The position numbers and the translations under genes were made by a program. A model generated the notes under the pieces. The model saw only the letters and a program-made list of their open reading frames with translations. It was not told the origin of the DNA and did no database searches. A stretch of 51,351 bases of DNA from a virus (lineage: Duplodnaviria > Caudoviricetes): positions 1 through 51,351 of the IMG/VR virus record IMGVR_UViG_3300020409_000023. One strand, 5' to 3'. Each line of letters begins with the position of its first letter. Position 1 is the first letter of the stretch. This document shows, piece after piece, positions 9,457 through 19,249 of the stretch.

Positions 9457-9996
9457 TTAAACTGCGAATGTGTTAGTTGGGAAGGTGAAGTAAGCTCTAG
9501 CATTAGCTCCTATCTCATTACTAGGAGTTAAGTCAAAACCTACACACAAAGCAACACCACTTGAAGTAGTTGCAGTTACACCTTCTTTCGATCTACCAGT
9601 AGTTGTACTACCTGCAGTTGTTGAGAGAGTGTATTTGCTGCCGATAAAACTTACCGCAGGAGTTCCTGCTGTAAATTGAGCTTCGTATACGATTCCAGGA
9701 TCACTGTATACAAGAGCTTCGGCGTCTGCACTACCTAAAGTTGCTGTGCCGCCAGTCCACACTTTTGAAAACGTAGGCGTTCCATCCGTTGCCGTAAAAA
9801 ATACTCCATAAAAAACACCTACAGGAGTACCAGTTGCCGTGCCTTGAATGACATATCCACTAGATAAATTAACTACATCACCACTAAATATTGATGCTGA
9901 AGTTCCACTAGCTATTCTCATTCTTGCAGGTCTGATAGTACCACCGTACATGTGATATGCTGGAGTAAACCCATCGGGTGCATTTACATTAGCCAT
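9457..9996 (-). CDS. Capsid-associated (decoration/cement-like) protein
   Basis: MANVNAPDGFTP...IFSGDVV...GVFYGV; immediately upstream of the MCP. Confidence 0.7.
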   Translation of the reverse strand: MANVNAPDGFTPAYHMYGGTIRPARMRIASGTSASIFSGDVVNLSSGYVIQGTATGTPVGVFYGVFFTATDGTPTFSKVWTGGTATLGSADAEALVYSDPGIVYEAQFTAGTPAVSFIGSKYTLSTTAGSTTTGRSKEGVTATTSSGVALCVGFDLTPSNEIGANARAYFTFPTNTFAV

Positions 9997-10028
9997 TTTT
10001 GCCTCCTATGCCTAAAATAAAATATTAC

Positions 10029-10520
10029 TTAATCGTCGGAATTATTCCTACTACCAAATTCAACCTTAGAAGACCTTTGGATATCACTATCTTTAATCGG
10101 CATTCTAGGGTCACTTTCTCGCATTAAGTTTTGATCTACACCTTGTAACGCAGAATCAGACTGATCTTTAAAATAAGCTGTTCTTTCGTTCGCAGTTTCG
10201 ACTGGAACTTTTGCGAGTATTAGTCCACCTACCCCTATGACTCCTTTATTTTTTCCGCTATCTACAGTTGGAGCTTCAAAGTCAGGATAATCTTCTGCTC
10301 GTACAGGTTCATATCCTTCTCTAATACGTTTAGACATATTAGACTTATCATCTTGTCCTCTAGTAGCTTCTCTAATCCACCTAAACTGATATCCAGGAGG
10401 TGGCTCGGGTGCGTCTAACATTGACGGGGGTTTCCAAGGCGTTCTGCGAGTTTGAGAGTCTCGTGTCTCTGCAGATCGTGAGTTACGATCAGTGACGTCT
10501 GGTTTATATTCTTCTGTCAT
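10029..10520 (-). CDS. Conserved head-module protein
   Basis: WKPPSMLDAPEPPPGYQFRWIR...REGYEPVRAE...GGLILAK; start moved to ATG 10520 behind GGAG RBS. Confidence 0.8.
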   Translation of the reverse strand: MTEEYKPDVTDRNSRSAETRDSQTRRTPWKPPSMLDAPEPPPGYQFRWIREATRGQDDKSNMSKRIREGYEPVRAEDYPDFEAPTVDSGKNKGVIGVGGLILAKVPVETANERTAYFKDQSDSALQGVDQNLMRESDPRMPIKDSDIQRSSKVEFGSRNNSDD

Positions 10521-10521
10521 T

Positions 10522-11400
10522 TTATACTCCTTCAATATGCTTAGCATATTCTTCTAGTGGCACATTTAGTCTTTTAGCTATCGCTACTTGACTAGGTGTC
10601 AACTTGATTTTGCGTGATGATTTTTTACCACTAGCACCTCTGCTACTGGCAGCAACCTGTTGCACGGGGGCAGATTGCTCTTCTGAAAACTTGTGTGGGA
10701 AATTATCTCGCATACGTTTATCAACTTCTTGATAATAAAGATCAGAAGTAGGGTCAATACCTTCTTCTACTATTTCTTTATGTACGCCGAAAGCTGCAAA
10801 CGTCATAGCGGAATCAGTCCCAAACCATGTATTTCTTGACGCCCATTCCTCTGCTTTAGGGTCTGGTGTTGTTTGCGTCGCATTAATAGACGGTTTATGT
10901 TCTTCAACAGGTACTTCAACTTCATCTTTTTCTTTAAGCTGTTGTTGTGCAGATAACCTTCTAAGGTTTTCTGCCTCAGCACTAGCTCTAGATAATTTTT
11001 CTGTTGCATCCGTAATCGCTTCCGCGTCTCCTGTTTCTTGAGCTGTTTTTAAATAAGTCTTTGCTCTTTCAATATCAGATTGTATACGATTGTCATACTC
11101 TTTGAAAAGGGAAGAATCAGAATTTTTTAATTTTTCTTTTAGCTCGTTATTAGAGTTACTGATATTTTGAGCGTAACTAACTGCTTCATCGCGTTGCCTT
11201 TCGGCTTCTCGCATTTTATAAGTTAGTTTATCAATACGTTTTTGTACTGACTCACTTATAGTATCTAACTCGTCTTTTGGTTGTTCTTCTTCAGCTGCGA
11301 CGACTTGTTCTTCCATTACGGAATTATCGACATCAGCTGCCCTTGGGTCAACTTCCCCTTCGGGAAGTTCTAGTTCTATTTTTTCTGCTTCTTCTTGCAT
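10522..11400 (-). CDS. Scaffolding protein (putative)
   Basis: Acidic coiled coil with C-terminal LTPSQVAIAKRLNVPLEEYAK; lies between portal and capsid. Confidence 0.75.
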   Translation of the reverse strand: MQEEAEKIELELPEGEVDPRAADVDNSVMEEQVVAAEEEQPKDELDTISESVQKRIDKLTYKMREAERQRDEAVSYAQNISNSNNELKEKLKNSDSSLFKEYDNRIQSDIERAKTYLKTAQETGDAEAITDATEKLSRASAEAENLRRLSAQQQLKEKDEVEVPVEEHKPSINATQTTPDPKAEEWASRNTWFGTDSAMTFAAFGVHKEIVEEGIDPTSDLYYQEVDKRMRDNFPHKFSEEQSAPVQQVAASSRGASGKKSSRKIKLTPSQVAIAKRLNVPLEEYAKHIEGV

Positions 11401-11417
11401 GAGTCCTCCTCAAGTTG

Positions 11418-11861
11418 TTATGATAAAATTGCTTCGGGATCATCAATAGTTGCTAAAATTTCGTCATCGTTTAAAAGTCGCATATCGCCACCTTCTATCT
11501 GAAAACGAGCTCCAGCATACCTACCAAAAATTACCCAATCACCTTCTTTACACCAAGCTCCGTCTGGAAACTTATTCATATCTTTATATGCGTCAGGTCC
11601 CGTGGCGACTACGTAACCAACAACAGTAGCAAGACGTTCTTTATCTACTGTTTGTTTAGCTAAATGTATACCGCCTTTAGTAATACTCGACATACTAAAA
11701 GGTAATATTAAAATACGATACCCCGTTGGACGTGGTAACTTATTTGCATGAGCTTCTAAATTTTCGTGCGTAATAGTGTTTTCTACAACTGGTTCTTCAG
11801 TTTTTAGAGAAACACCGTTACTACCAAAATTATCTACTCGATCTGGAACAGTATCAGTCAT
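11418..11861 (-). CDS. groES: Co-chaperonin GroES (Cpn10)
   Basis: PTGYRILI...TKGGIHL...GYVVATGP...KEGDWVIFGRYAG...LLNDDEILA is the Cpn10 pattern; start chosen behind GGAGG (track start 11867). Confidence 0.9.
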   Translation of the reverse strand: MTDTVPDRVDNFGSNGVSLKTEEPVVENTITHENLEAHANKLPRPTGYRILILPFSMSSITKGGIHLAKQTVDKERLATVVGYVVATGPDAYKDMNKFPDGAWCKEGDWVIFGRYAGARFQIEGGDMRLLNDDEILATIDDPEAILS

Positions 11862-12051
11862 TTGCATCCTCCATATTAGAATGTAAGGTTTGAATTTCCT
11901 GTTCAGCTAAATTCAAACCCGCTATTTCACCTACTATCCGTTGGTATTGCTGTATATCTTCAACACCACCAGCAGCAAGTGTTTGCGTGAGTGCTTCTTT
12001 TCGCTCACGATATTTACGGAGCAAATGCTCCGTAGCTACGATATAATCCAT
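11854..12051 (-). CDS. Hypothetical phage protein
   Basis: 65 aa, YQRIVGEIAGL motif; coupled to neighbours. Confidence 0.75.
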   Translation of the reverse strand: MDYIVATEHLLRKYRERKEALTQTLAAGGVEDIQQYQRIVGEIAGLNLAEQEIQTLHSNMEDAND

Positions 12052-12263
12052 TATTTAATGTAATTATACCAAAGAAGTCCTTTCGTTTGCCCGTAGGCAG
12101 CTTTTACTTTTGATTCTTTACCAACGACATTACCTTTAGCGTCAGTATTCACCTCCCCTGCTTTTACTACTTCAGTTTTAGTAGTGTCTTCCATAGCAGG
12201 TACGCTAGGTGCAGGTTTACTCGCTTTCTTAGAAGGAGCAGGATAGTCTCTATTTCTATGCAT
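12051..12263 (-). CDS. Hypothetical phage protein
   Basis: Start moved to ATG 12263 behind GGAG; coupled to the portal stop region. Confidence 0.65.
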   Translation of the reverse strand: MHRNRDYPAPSKKASKPAPSVPAMEDTTKTEVVKAGEVNTDAKGNVVGKESKVKAAYGQTKGLLWYNYIK

Positions 12264-14694
12264 TATTATCTCCGTTTTGGTTTCTACTTTCACGAACAGT
12301 TTTCACTAATTCGTTATAGTTCTTATCAGCGTCAGCTTTTGCTTTTAACTCTAATTCTTGTAATTGTATTGCGTCTTTACTATCTTGTTTTCTTAAATCT
12401 GCTTCTATTTGTTCTCGTCTAATTTGTGCATTAAGTTGAGCTTTTTGTAATTCTATTTCAGCTGCCCTTATATCATCCATTTCTTTTTGCATTAACTGTT
12501 CTTTTTCTAATGCTAATTGTTGTTGGAACATTTGCATTTGTGGCGTTTGTTGTGCAGCAGCTTGAGCTTGTTCCATCGCTTGAGCTTGACCTGTAACTTG
12601 TTGCGTAGCTTGTGCCGCCATACCCGCTATCTGATTCATAATCTCTGGTGGCATTTCTTGACCAACAGGTGGTAATTGTTGTCCTAACGCTTGTTCTATT
12701 TGTTGTCTATATAACATTGCTTGGTGCTCTTGAATATTAGCTCCAATAATTTTCATAGCTGCAGGGTTTTGTTGTACCATTGGGTTTTGCATAAAAGCAC
12801 TATGACTAGCGATATACGCTTCATGATTTTGAAATTCGTACGCTTTTATAGGGTTACCCGTAATTGCTGCTTGTTCTTCGGTGACAGGATCACGAGCAGG
12901 TATTTGTTCTTCTTCAGGTAATACCGCATCAATATCTTTTATATTTAAAGCAAGATACATTTTACGATATGCTTCTCGTAAGTCATGTAACTGCGGAGCA
13001 GATTGTGCCATTTGTAATTGAGTTTGAGCTAACGTAATACGTTGCGTCATACTAAAAATATTAGGGTCACTTACAGGAATTACATCAACGCTATCATCGA
13101 AGTCTTCTTTAAATACATTTGCTGAAGCTCCTTGTACTTGATAAGGATATTGTTGTGGTAAAAACTCACCAAAAACTCTTTTTAAAATTTTAAACTCAGT
13201 TCTTTGTGCGTAATGTAATCTTTTATGTATTGCGGACATAATACGCTGTCCTTTTTCTAAAAGAGCTACCGTAGTACCTACGGGTGCTTGAGAATTACCA
13301 TCACCTGTTGGGTCTTCTATAGTGGCTGCAAAACGTTTACCCGAATCTACTAAAGCACCTAATAATTGCGTTAATGTTCCGCTAGGTTCTTTATAGGGCA
13401 GTGGTAAAAATGCGTCTTGTAATCTACCACCAGGAGCATCAACATCTCGCCACTCTCCTGGTTGTAATGGGTCATCGTGACGTTGAATATTTAATCCACG
13501 GGCTTTAAATCCTGCAGGTAAATTAGAAAGCGTACCTGCGTCAATTAATTGACGGAGCAGGGCGGTAACTGATTTAGTTAAACCGCCCATCATATGAATT
13601 AACCCAAAACCATAAAACCCTAATCCTGGAAGGAATTTATAATGCGTAAAATGTTCTATTTTTCTACGCATTGGGTCTTTTTGATCGTAATTTGGTCTAA
13701 TTGCTAATACTTGGTTGTTATCTTTGCAAATAGTTACAATATAAGGCAACGCTATACCTGTTTCTTCGCCTTCTGCGTTAGTATCTTGGTAACCTTCTAA
13801 GTCTAAATCAACATGAACCTCTAATAACGTGTATTCTTCGTCATTTATCGTTCTACTAATCCCTTGTAACTCGTCAACTTTGTCATCTACCTCAGTAGTG
13901 TCCGTCGTACTCATTGGATCGCTTAATTCTACGTCTCGATAAAAACCAGAGAGCTGTAATTTACGTAATTCGTTCTCGTTCATGTGAATTACGTGAGTAA
14001 TTCTTGGTGCGGTAAGTAAATCTACCGCATAATACGGTACTACTAAGTGTTCTGCTTTTACAAAACGAGCAACTGCACGTCCTAACGCAGGATCATAGTA
14101 AACTTTTTTAAAAGCGGAGCCAGATAACGGTAAATAAAACAATAATTGATCCATTTCTGGGTCATATTCTTCCATTTTGTACGTAATTTGATAATTCATG
14201 AAGTTTTTTACGCGATTTGCTTTTTCTGCTTTCGAATTATTTATCTGACCTAATATTTCTGTGTCTACAGGTCCTCCTGCAGGTAATAATTCTTTATATG
14301 CTTGAGCTTGGAACTGGGTAACGGCTTCAGCTAGTATAGGGTGGTGTACTCCTGACGCACCTTTGAACGGTTCTGACCTAGATTCGGAGTTTATCCCTAA
14401 ACATTCTAACCCGTCTGCGTATGTAGTGAACCAATCGTCTCTAGATTCTAAATCTTCTTCGTATAATTGGGTTAATTCACTAGCGATACTACGTAATTCA
14501 TTTTCGTCTAATCCTTCTGCTAAGTTTTCACCGAACTTATTTTCGTTTTGTTCGGGCATATCGCTGCCTAAAATAACAGAGCCGTCAGGTTGTAAAAAAA
14601 CTTCTGTTTCTTCAGGTGTTTCTGCAGTAATTTCTAGTTCTATTTCTTCGCTAGGGTTAGAAATTATTGAAACGGGTTGTTTTTCAATAGCCAT
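12256..14694 (-). CDS. Portal protein
   Basis: 812 aa directly after TerL; HPILAEAVTQFQAQAYKELLPAGGPV, LPLSGSAFKKVYYD; Gln-rich C-terminal coiled coil (P22-like barrel). Confidence 0.88.
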   Translation of the reverse strand: MAIEKQPVSIISNPSEEIELEITAETPEETEVFLQPDGSVILGSDMPEQNENKFGENLAEGLDENELRSIASELTQLYEEDLESRDDWFTTYADGLECLGINSESRSEPFKGASGVHHPILAEAVTQFQAQAYKELLPAGGPVDTEILGQINNSKAEKANRVKNFMNYQITYKMEEYDPEMDQLLFYLPLSGSAFKKVYYDPALGRAVARFVKAEHLVVPYYAVDLLTAPRITHVIHMNENELRKLQLSGFYRDVELSDPMSTTDTTEVDDKVDELQGISRTINDEEYTLLEVHVDLDLEGYQDTNAEGEETGIALPYIVTICKDNNQVLAIRPNYDQKDPMRRKIEHFTHYKFLPGLGFYGFGLIHMMGGLTKSVTALLRQLIDAGTLSNLPAGFKARGLNIQRHDDPLQPGEWRDVDAPGGRLQDAFLPLPYKEPSGTLTQLLGALVDSGKRFAATIEDPTGDGNSQAPVGTTVALLEKGQRIMSAIHKRLHYAQRTEFKILKRVFGEFLPQQYPYQVQGASANVFKEDFDDSVDVIPVSDPNIFSMTQRITLAQTQLQMAQSAPQLHDLREAYRKMYLALNIKDIDAVLPEEEQIPARDPVTEEQAAITGNPIKAYEFQNHEAYIASHSAFMQNPMVQQNPAAMKIIGANIQEHQAMLYRQQIEQALGQQLPPVGQEMPPEIMNQIAGMAAQATQQVTGQAQAMEQAQAAAQQTPQMQMFQQQLALEKEQLMQKEMDDIRAAEIELQKAQLNAQIRREQIEADLRKQDSKDAIQLQELELKAKADADKNYNELVKTVRESRNQNGDNNA

Positions 14695-14720
14695 TGAGTT
14701 GAATCATATTACTATTTCTA

Positions 14721-16247
14721 TTAATAATAAACCCTATCGCTAGGATAATAATCTTCATCGTCGGTAAAATCGCTACTTAACGTTAAAAATCCACCTTCTC
14801 TAAACCTTGCTAACGCTAATGTAGTCGCGTCTACTAAATCATCATTTTCTCCTGCAGGAAAATCACTAACTTCTTCCATAAGTTCTTCACCAAACCTATT
14901 ATCAGGCACCCAAACTCTACCGTCTTGGAAAATAGGCGAAACAGAATTTAATCTTGCTATTTTATCTTGACCTTTTCCTGGAGAAAAAGTATTTACGGGT
15001 ATACCAATACGTCTAAGTTCTTGTACTAACGGTATACCACTAGCTTTAGCTTCAATAATTACCGTATCTGGTTCCCAATAATCGTATAAACGTAGAGCTT
15101 CGTTTTTTAATTCTGGAAAATCAAACCTTTCTTTTATACAATCTATTAAAATTAAATGAGCTTCGTCCCCTGAATATATTTCATCACCTATTTTTCCTTC
15201 AGGATAAAACACGCCCCACGTAGTTATTGCAGTAAAATCCGCTCGTTCGGATTTTAAAAATGCCGTATCGTAACTTTGTATTAAATATTGACATTTAGGT
15301 GGTTTTTCTTCTTCCCAAACGTTAAACCATTCTTTAGGAATAATTGAAATACCTTCACCTGTAGGTCTTTGCATGTATTGTGCCGCCCATTTAGATGGAC
15401 TTACGGACGCTTTTATACCTTCTAGTTCTTCTAATTTCCAAAAACTTTCCCAAAGCGGTTTACCACTAGGTAAAATTGCAGGAAATTCTATAATTTTCCA
15501 TTGATCGGCACCTTCATCTTGTGCCATCTTTTTAGTTAATCGTCCTGTTAAATCTTTTTTATTCCAACGCGTCATTACAATAACGATTGCACCTCCTGGT
15601 TGTAACCTTTGTCGCGGTCCTGCCATATACCATTCATATGCTTCTTCTAGAGCTTTATCAGACATAGCGTCTTGTTCCGAATGTGGGTCGTCAATAATAA
15701 ATAAATCTGCCCCTCTTCCTGCTAACGCACCCCCAATACCTGCGGCATAGTATTCGCCACCTTTATTAGTTAACCATTTACCCGCCGAACGACTATCCGC
15801 TTTTAATTCAGTTTCAGGAAATAGTTGACGGTATTCTTCGCCGTCAATTAAATCCCTAACTTTTCTACCAAAATTAACCGCAAGGTCGGCGGTGTGGGTT
15901 GCCTCAATAATTTTTAATTTAGGATTTTTACCTAATAAATACGCAGGAAACAAATGTGACGCAAATTCTGATTTAGTGTGTCTAGGCGGCATATTAATTA
16001 TTAATCTTTTTAATTTGCCGTTAGCGATGTCGTCAAACGCTTGTGCCATTTTTACGTGGTGGTCTCCAGAAATAAACTCTGACCACATAGATTTTACAAA
16101 ATCTAAAAACGTACCTGTTGCTTGTTCTTGATATTCACGTTTTTCTAATTCTTCTAATAAAATCGTAAATTCTTTCGCTTCTTCTTTACTTAAATGCGAA
16201 AAATCAATATTACGTAGGGCTTTTAATTTATCACGAGTATCGGTCAT
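14721..16247 (-). CDS. terL: Terminase large subunit
   Basis: Walker A-like INMPPRHTKS, Walker B IIDDPH, VMTRW coupling motif; nuclease SYDTA...IEAKASG...DDLVDA. Confidence 0.95.
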   Translation of the reverse strand: MTDTRDKLKALRNIDFSHLSKEEAKEFTILLEELEKREYQEQATGTFLDFVKSMWSEFISGDHHVKMAQAFDDIANGKLKRLIINMPPRHTKSEFASHLFPAYLLGKNPKLKIIEATHTADLAVNFGRKVRDLIDGEEYRQLFPETELKADSRSAGKWLTNKGGEYYAAGIGGALAGRGADLFIIDDPHSEQDAMSDKALEEAYEWYMAGPRQRLQPGGAIVIVMTRWNKKDLTGRLTKKMAQDEGADQWKIIEFPAILPSGKPLWESFWKLEELEGIKASVSPSKWAAQYMQRPTGEGISIIPKEWFNVWEEEKPPKCQYLIQSYDTAFLKSERADFTAITTWGVFYPEGKIGDEIYSGDEAHLILIDCIKERFDFPELKNEALRLYDYWEPDTVIIEAKASGIPLVQELRRIGIPVNTFSPGKGQDKIARLNSVSPIFQDGRVWVPDNRFGEELMEEVSDFPAGENDDLVDATTLALARFREGGFLTLSSDFTDDEDYYPSDRVYY

Positions 16248-17263
16248 CGCTTCATTAATTCTTTAATTAATTCATCAATATCTTCGTAAGGTACTTCGTC
16301 TAAAATATTTAAATTTTCTCTAGGGTTTAATGAAATAAAAGTATCGCTATTATCTACGCCTCTACGTTTATTAGGTATTTTAATTGCATCAATACCAATA
16401 TTACGTAAACCTTCACTCGCTGATTTAGTAAAACTGGTAGGTACGCCTACGACATTTTTACGTAATTCTTTTACTTGAAAAGCAGGTTCGATAAGATTTT
16501 TTTGTGAAAGATTTATTTCAAGGTTTTTTAATAATCTATCCATTTGTTTAGAAGTATCACCAACCGTTAACATATTTTTAAAATTAGGTTCTGCAATATA
16601 TGCTGATCCAGGACCCCCTCGGGAAGGCATACCTCTAGCGAACTGTTTAAGTCTAGGGTCAATAAATTTATCCATTAAGTAAAGTCCCCCTTCTGAACCA
16701 TGACCTTGAGGTAATTTAAAAGAACCAATACCTTTAGTTTGACTGCCATGAAATATATTTTTAGAATCATTTATTAAATCTAAAATACCTTGATTAGTAT
16801 TAATCATAGGAGCTTGTGGTAATTCTATTCCTGTTTCTGTTTTTATATCTTTTTCTAAACTTTTAATTTTTGCATTAACTTTTTTTAATTGTTGTTTAGC
16901 TTTTTCTTCAGCTACTTCAGCAGCTCTACCGTCTGTAGGAATATTATTACGTTCTCTTACTATTGTTCGTTTAAGTTGGTCTGCTTCGTCTAATGCTTTC
17001 ATATACGGTTTTATTAAAAACGCAGGAATACTTTTAAAAATACTAGCTGCAGCAAAACCTTGTGGTGTTGATGAAATTAAATTTAAAGGGTCGGTAACTG
17101 TTTCGTAAGCAAACTTTGCACCTTTTTTAATATTTTGATAATCAGGGCGATTACGTAGTTCGGGATTTACTGTTTCTAAAAGACCGCTAAGCCCACCACC
17201 GCGTATATTAGCTAATAGTTGTTCTAGTGGACCTAACGCGGGTTTTAGTTGTTGTTCAGCCAT
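16244..17263 (-). CDS. Hypothetical protein with possible ADP-ribosyltransferase-like (ART-PolyVal) C-terminal domain
   Basis: Coiled coil followed by IFHGS...F...GGLYL...GIDAIKI pattern. Confidence 0.5.
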   Translation of the reverse strand: MAEQQLKPALGPLEQLLANIRGGGLSGLLETVNPELRNRPDYQNIKKGAKFAYETVTDPLNLISSTPQGFAAASIFKSIPAFLIKPYMKALDEADQLKRTIVRERNNIPTDGRAAEVAEEKAKQQLKKVNAKIKSLEKDIKTETGIELPQAPMINTNQGILDLINDSKNIFHGSQTKGIGSFKLPQGHGSEGGLYLMDKFIDPRLKQFARGMPSRGGPGSAYIAEPNFKNMLTVGDTSKQMDRLLKNLEINLSQKNLIEPAFQVKELRKNVVGVPTSFTKSASEGLRNIGIDAIKIPNKRRGVDNSDTFISLNPRENLNILDEVPYEDIDELIKELMKR

Positions 17264-17277
17264 AAAAAGTAAAGCAG

Positions 17278-17658
17278 TTAATCTCTAAGAGGGGTTTCTT
17301 TGGTCGCGGAGTCTTTATCATAATTACGATAATATTCTACTATTGATAATATTTGTTTTATGTACCTAGTTACTTCTGCCATATTCATCGATAGGTTTTC
17401 ATAATTTTTAGTAGTTAACGCATAATACGCAACCGCAGGAGCTTTACCTTCTTCTACTAATTTTAAATATTCTGCCATAATCTCAGGAGTTAATACTTCA
17501 AACTTAACTTCTACTCCTTGTATTTCCATAGGCAACGGTGGGTGGTACATTGGTGCAGGTATAGCAATAGTGTTTACCTCTACGGGGGTGGTTCTAGGAA
17601 GTAGTGCACAACCGCCTAGAACCGTGAATAAACTAACTACTAGGAGAGATATTTTCAT
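17278..17658 (-). CDS. Outer-membrane spanin (Rz1-like lipoprotein)
   Basis: Signal peptide ending in lipobox LGGC, Pro-rich linker; overlaps the i-spanin-like gene. Confidence 0.7.
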   Translation of the reverse strand: MKISLLVVSLFTVLGGCALLPRTTPVEVNTIAIPAPMYHPPLPMEIQGVEVKFEVLTPEIMAEYLKLVEEGKAPAVAYYALTTKNYENLSMNMAEVTRYIKQILSIVEYYRNYDKDSATKETPLRD

Positions 17659-18025
17659 CCTTTGGGGGAGATGTGATCAGAGTTAGTTCATCCATAACTT
17701 TTTGAGTACCTTTGTTTATTACTTTTTCAATAAGTTTGGGTTTATTTAATGCTAGATTGCCAAGATCGTGCTTAGCAAATGTTTTTCTTAATTTAGTAAC
17801 CTCACGGAGTGCTTCTTGTTTTTCCGCTTCTAAACTATCTAGTTGAGCGTTATGTTTTTCTTGCTCAGCTAAATAGTTTTTAATTGATTCGTTTTGTTCA
17901 GATATTTTATCTTGTAAGATTACTTGATTGGCTTTAGCTTGTGTTAATTGATTAAACAGAAAAGTAGAACCTGCCAAACTAGCTACCAAAAGACCTCCAA
18001 GAATTAAACTTAACTTAAAACCCAT
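17633..18025 (-). CDS. Inner-membrane spanin (Rz-like)
   Basis: N-terminal TM helix plus periplasmic coiled coil; upstream of a lipoprotein gene. Confidence 0.7.
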   Translation of the reverse strand: MGFKLSLILGGLLVASLAGSTFLFNQLTQAKANQVILQDKISEQNESIKNYLAEQEKHNAQLDSLEAEKQEALREVTKLRKTFAKHDLGNLALNKPKLIEKVINKGTQKVMDELTLITSPPKDENISPSS

Positions 18026-18480
18026 TACGTATCAAATATCCTAGCTTTAGCTTCTAACTCTCTAACATTAGAAGGAGAAAAACCAAACTCTTGTTTAAAT
18101 TCCATTAAACGTTGTAAAAAATCATTAGCGTTAGGTGAGAGGGCATCGTTATATTGAGCTTCATTAAAATCTCTCATTTTTTCGCTGTTTAGTAAATCTA
18201 AAAAAGAGTTAGCTTCTTTCTCAAAATTTTCTCTACTTATACCTAACTCACTATTAGCGTCGTAACTATCAGTAAACAAACCAGCAGAAGTTTTAGGATA
18301 ATTTTCTTCATAAATAAAACTAGGGGTAGAACGCTGTCTACGAGCTAACATAGCTGTTTCATAAAACTTATCTACTTTATTTTCAGGCAACGTTTCAGCG
18401 AAAGCATTAATACGTTCTTTACTGAGTTCATCTATTGCTGCCCTAGGTATATTTGTTTGTAACAAACTGAGAATACTCAT
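18025..18480 (-). CDS. Hypothetical protein (first gene of late packaging/lysis operon)
   Basis: 151-aa ORF; TATACT hexamer 6 nt upstream of ATG and no SD. Confidence 0.7.
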   Translation of the reverse strand: MSILSLLQTNIPRAAIDELSKERINAFAETLPENKVDKFYETAMLARRQRSTPSFIYEENYPKTSAGLFTDSYDANSELGISRENFEKEANSFLDLLNSEKMRDFNEAQYNDALSPNANDFLQRLMEFKQEFGFSPSNVRELEAKARIFDT

Positions 18481-18588
18481 AGGGACAGTATAGTTCAGAA
18501 AATATTTTTTGCAAAAAATTTTTTTCGCAAAATTTTTTTCATAGGGACTTATTTGTAAAGTAGTTGCAATAGTGAGTCCGAATCCAAA

Positions 18589-18604
18589 GGGATGGGCGGG
18601 TGGG
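18589..18604 (+). other. Canonical G-quadruplex-forming motif
   Basis: GGG-AT-GGG-C-GGG-T-GGG in an otherwise AT-rich intergenic region. Confidence 0.7.
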
Positions 18605-18697
18605 CACCGCCGCTTGTCAATAGGGGGGTATAGACTAAATAGTTATATAAGCTAACTTACTTATAACTTCTAGTATATGTGTATGTGTTAGGGTAAG

Positions 18698-18733
18698 TGG
18701 TTAATATTTAACCAATGGTTAATATTTAACCAA
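18698..18733. repeat. Tandem duplicated palindrome (operator-like)
   Basis: (TGGTTAA-TAT-TTAACCA-A)x2: 7-bp arms, 18-bp period. Confidence 0.85.
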
Positions 18734-18747
18734 TAGATATAGAGTAT

Positions 18748-18783
18748 AAAAAAAGGGGGCTAGTACTCCAACACTAACCCCCT
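18748..18783 (-). terminator. Rho-independent terminator of the 18802-19200 gene
   Basis: - strand AGGGGGTTAGT-GTTGGAGT-ACTAGCCCCCT then a T run (one G-U pair). Confidence 0.8.
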
Positions 18784-18801
18784 AAGGTTAAAGGTTTAAA
18801 T

Positions 18802-19200
18802 TTAGCTTAACTTAATTAAAGCTACTCCGTTTAAGTGGGCTTTAGTTTTGCCCTCCCAGTCATCATTACCTAATAGGTAAGCTGAATAATGGCTAGTAGT
18901 CTTAGCACAATCTTGCTCGTACTGTTTACCATTTCTACCCCAAAACATTTCACCAGTAGAAGTTTCAAAGTATTTACATATATCACCCATAGTTACAGTA
19001 GCCCCATTTGTTGATTCTAAAAGAACTAACAATAGTTGGCATTGTCTAGGCAATACCGAAGTATCATGCTTATCTAAATCAACAGCTAAAGATACTTTTT
19101 GAGTTAATGACATACCTGTACCACCTTTAGAAGATTTTACAGACCTTTTTATTTTACCGAATTTTGAGGTTTCGGTAGTAACCTTTGTTTTATTTTCCAT
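18802..19200 (-). CDS. Isolated hypothetical protein in putative terminus region
   Basis: 132-aa ORF with its own terminator, flanked by non-coding repeats. Confidence 0.75.
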   Translation of the reverse strand: MENKTKVTTETSKFGKIKRSVKSSKGGTGMSLTQKVSLAVDLDKHDTSVLPRQCQLLLVLLESTNGATVTMGDICKYFETSTGEMFWGRNGKQYEQDCAKTTSHYSAYLLGNDDWEGKTKAHLNGVALIKLS

Positions 19201-19249
19201 AAGTTAATAATACCTGAACTATTTAATATTACAATACCTAATATATATT

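Noticed and set aside
18496-18542. Mini-ORF MKKILRKKFFAKNIF
   Set aside because: By-product of A/T tracts; no RBS.
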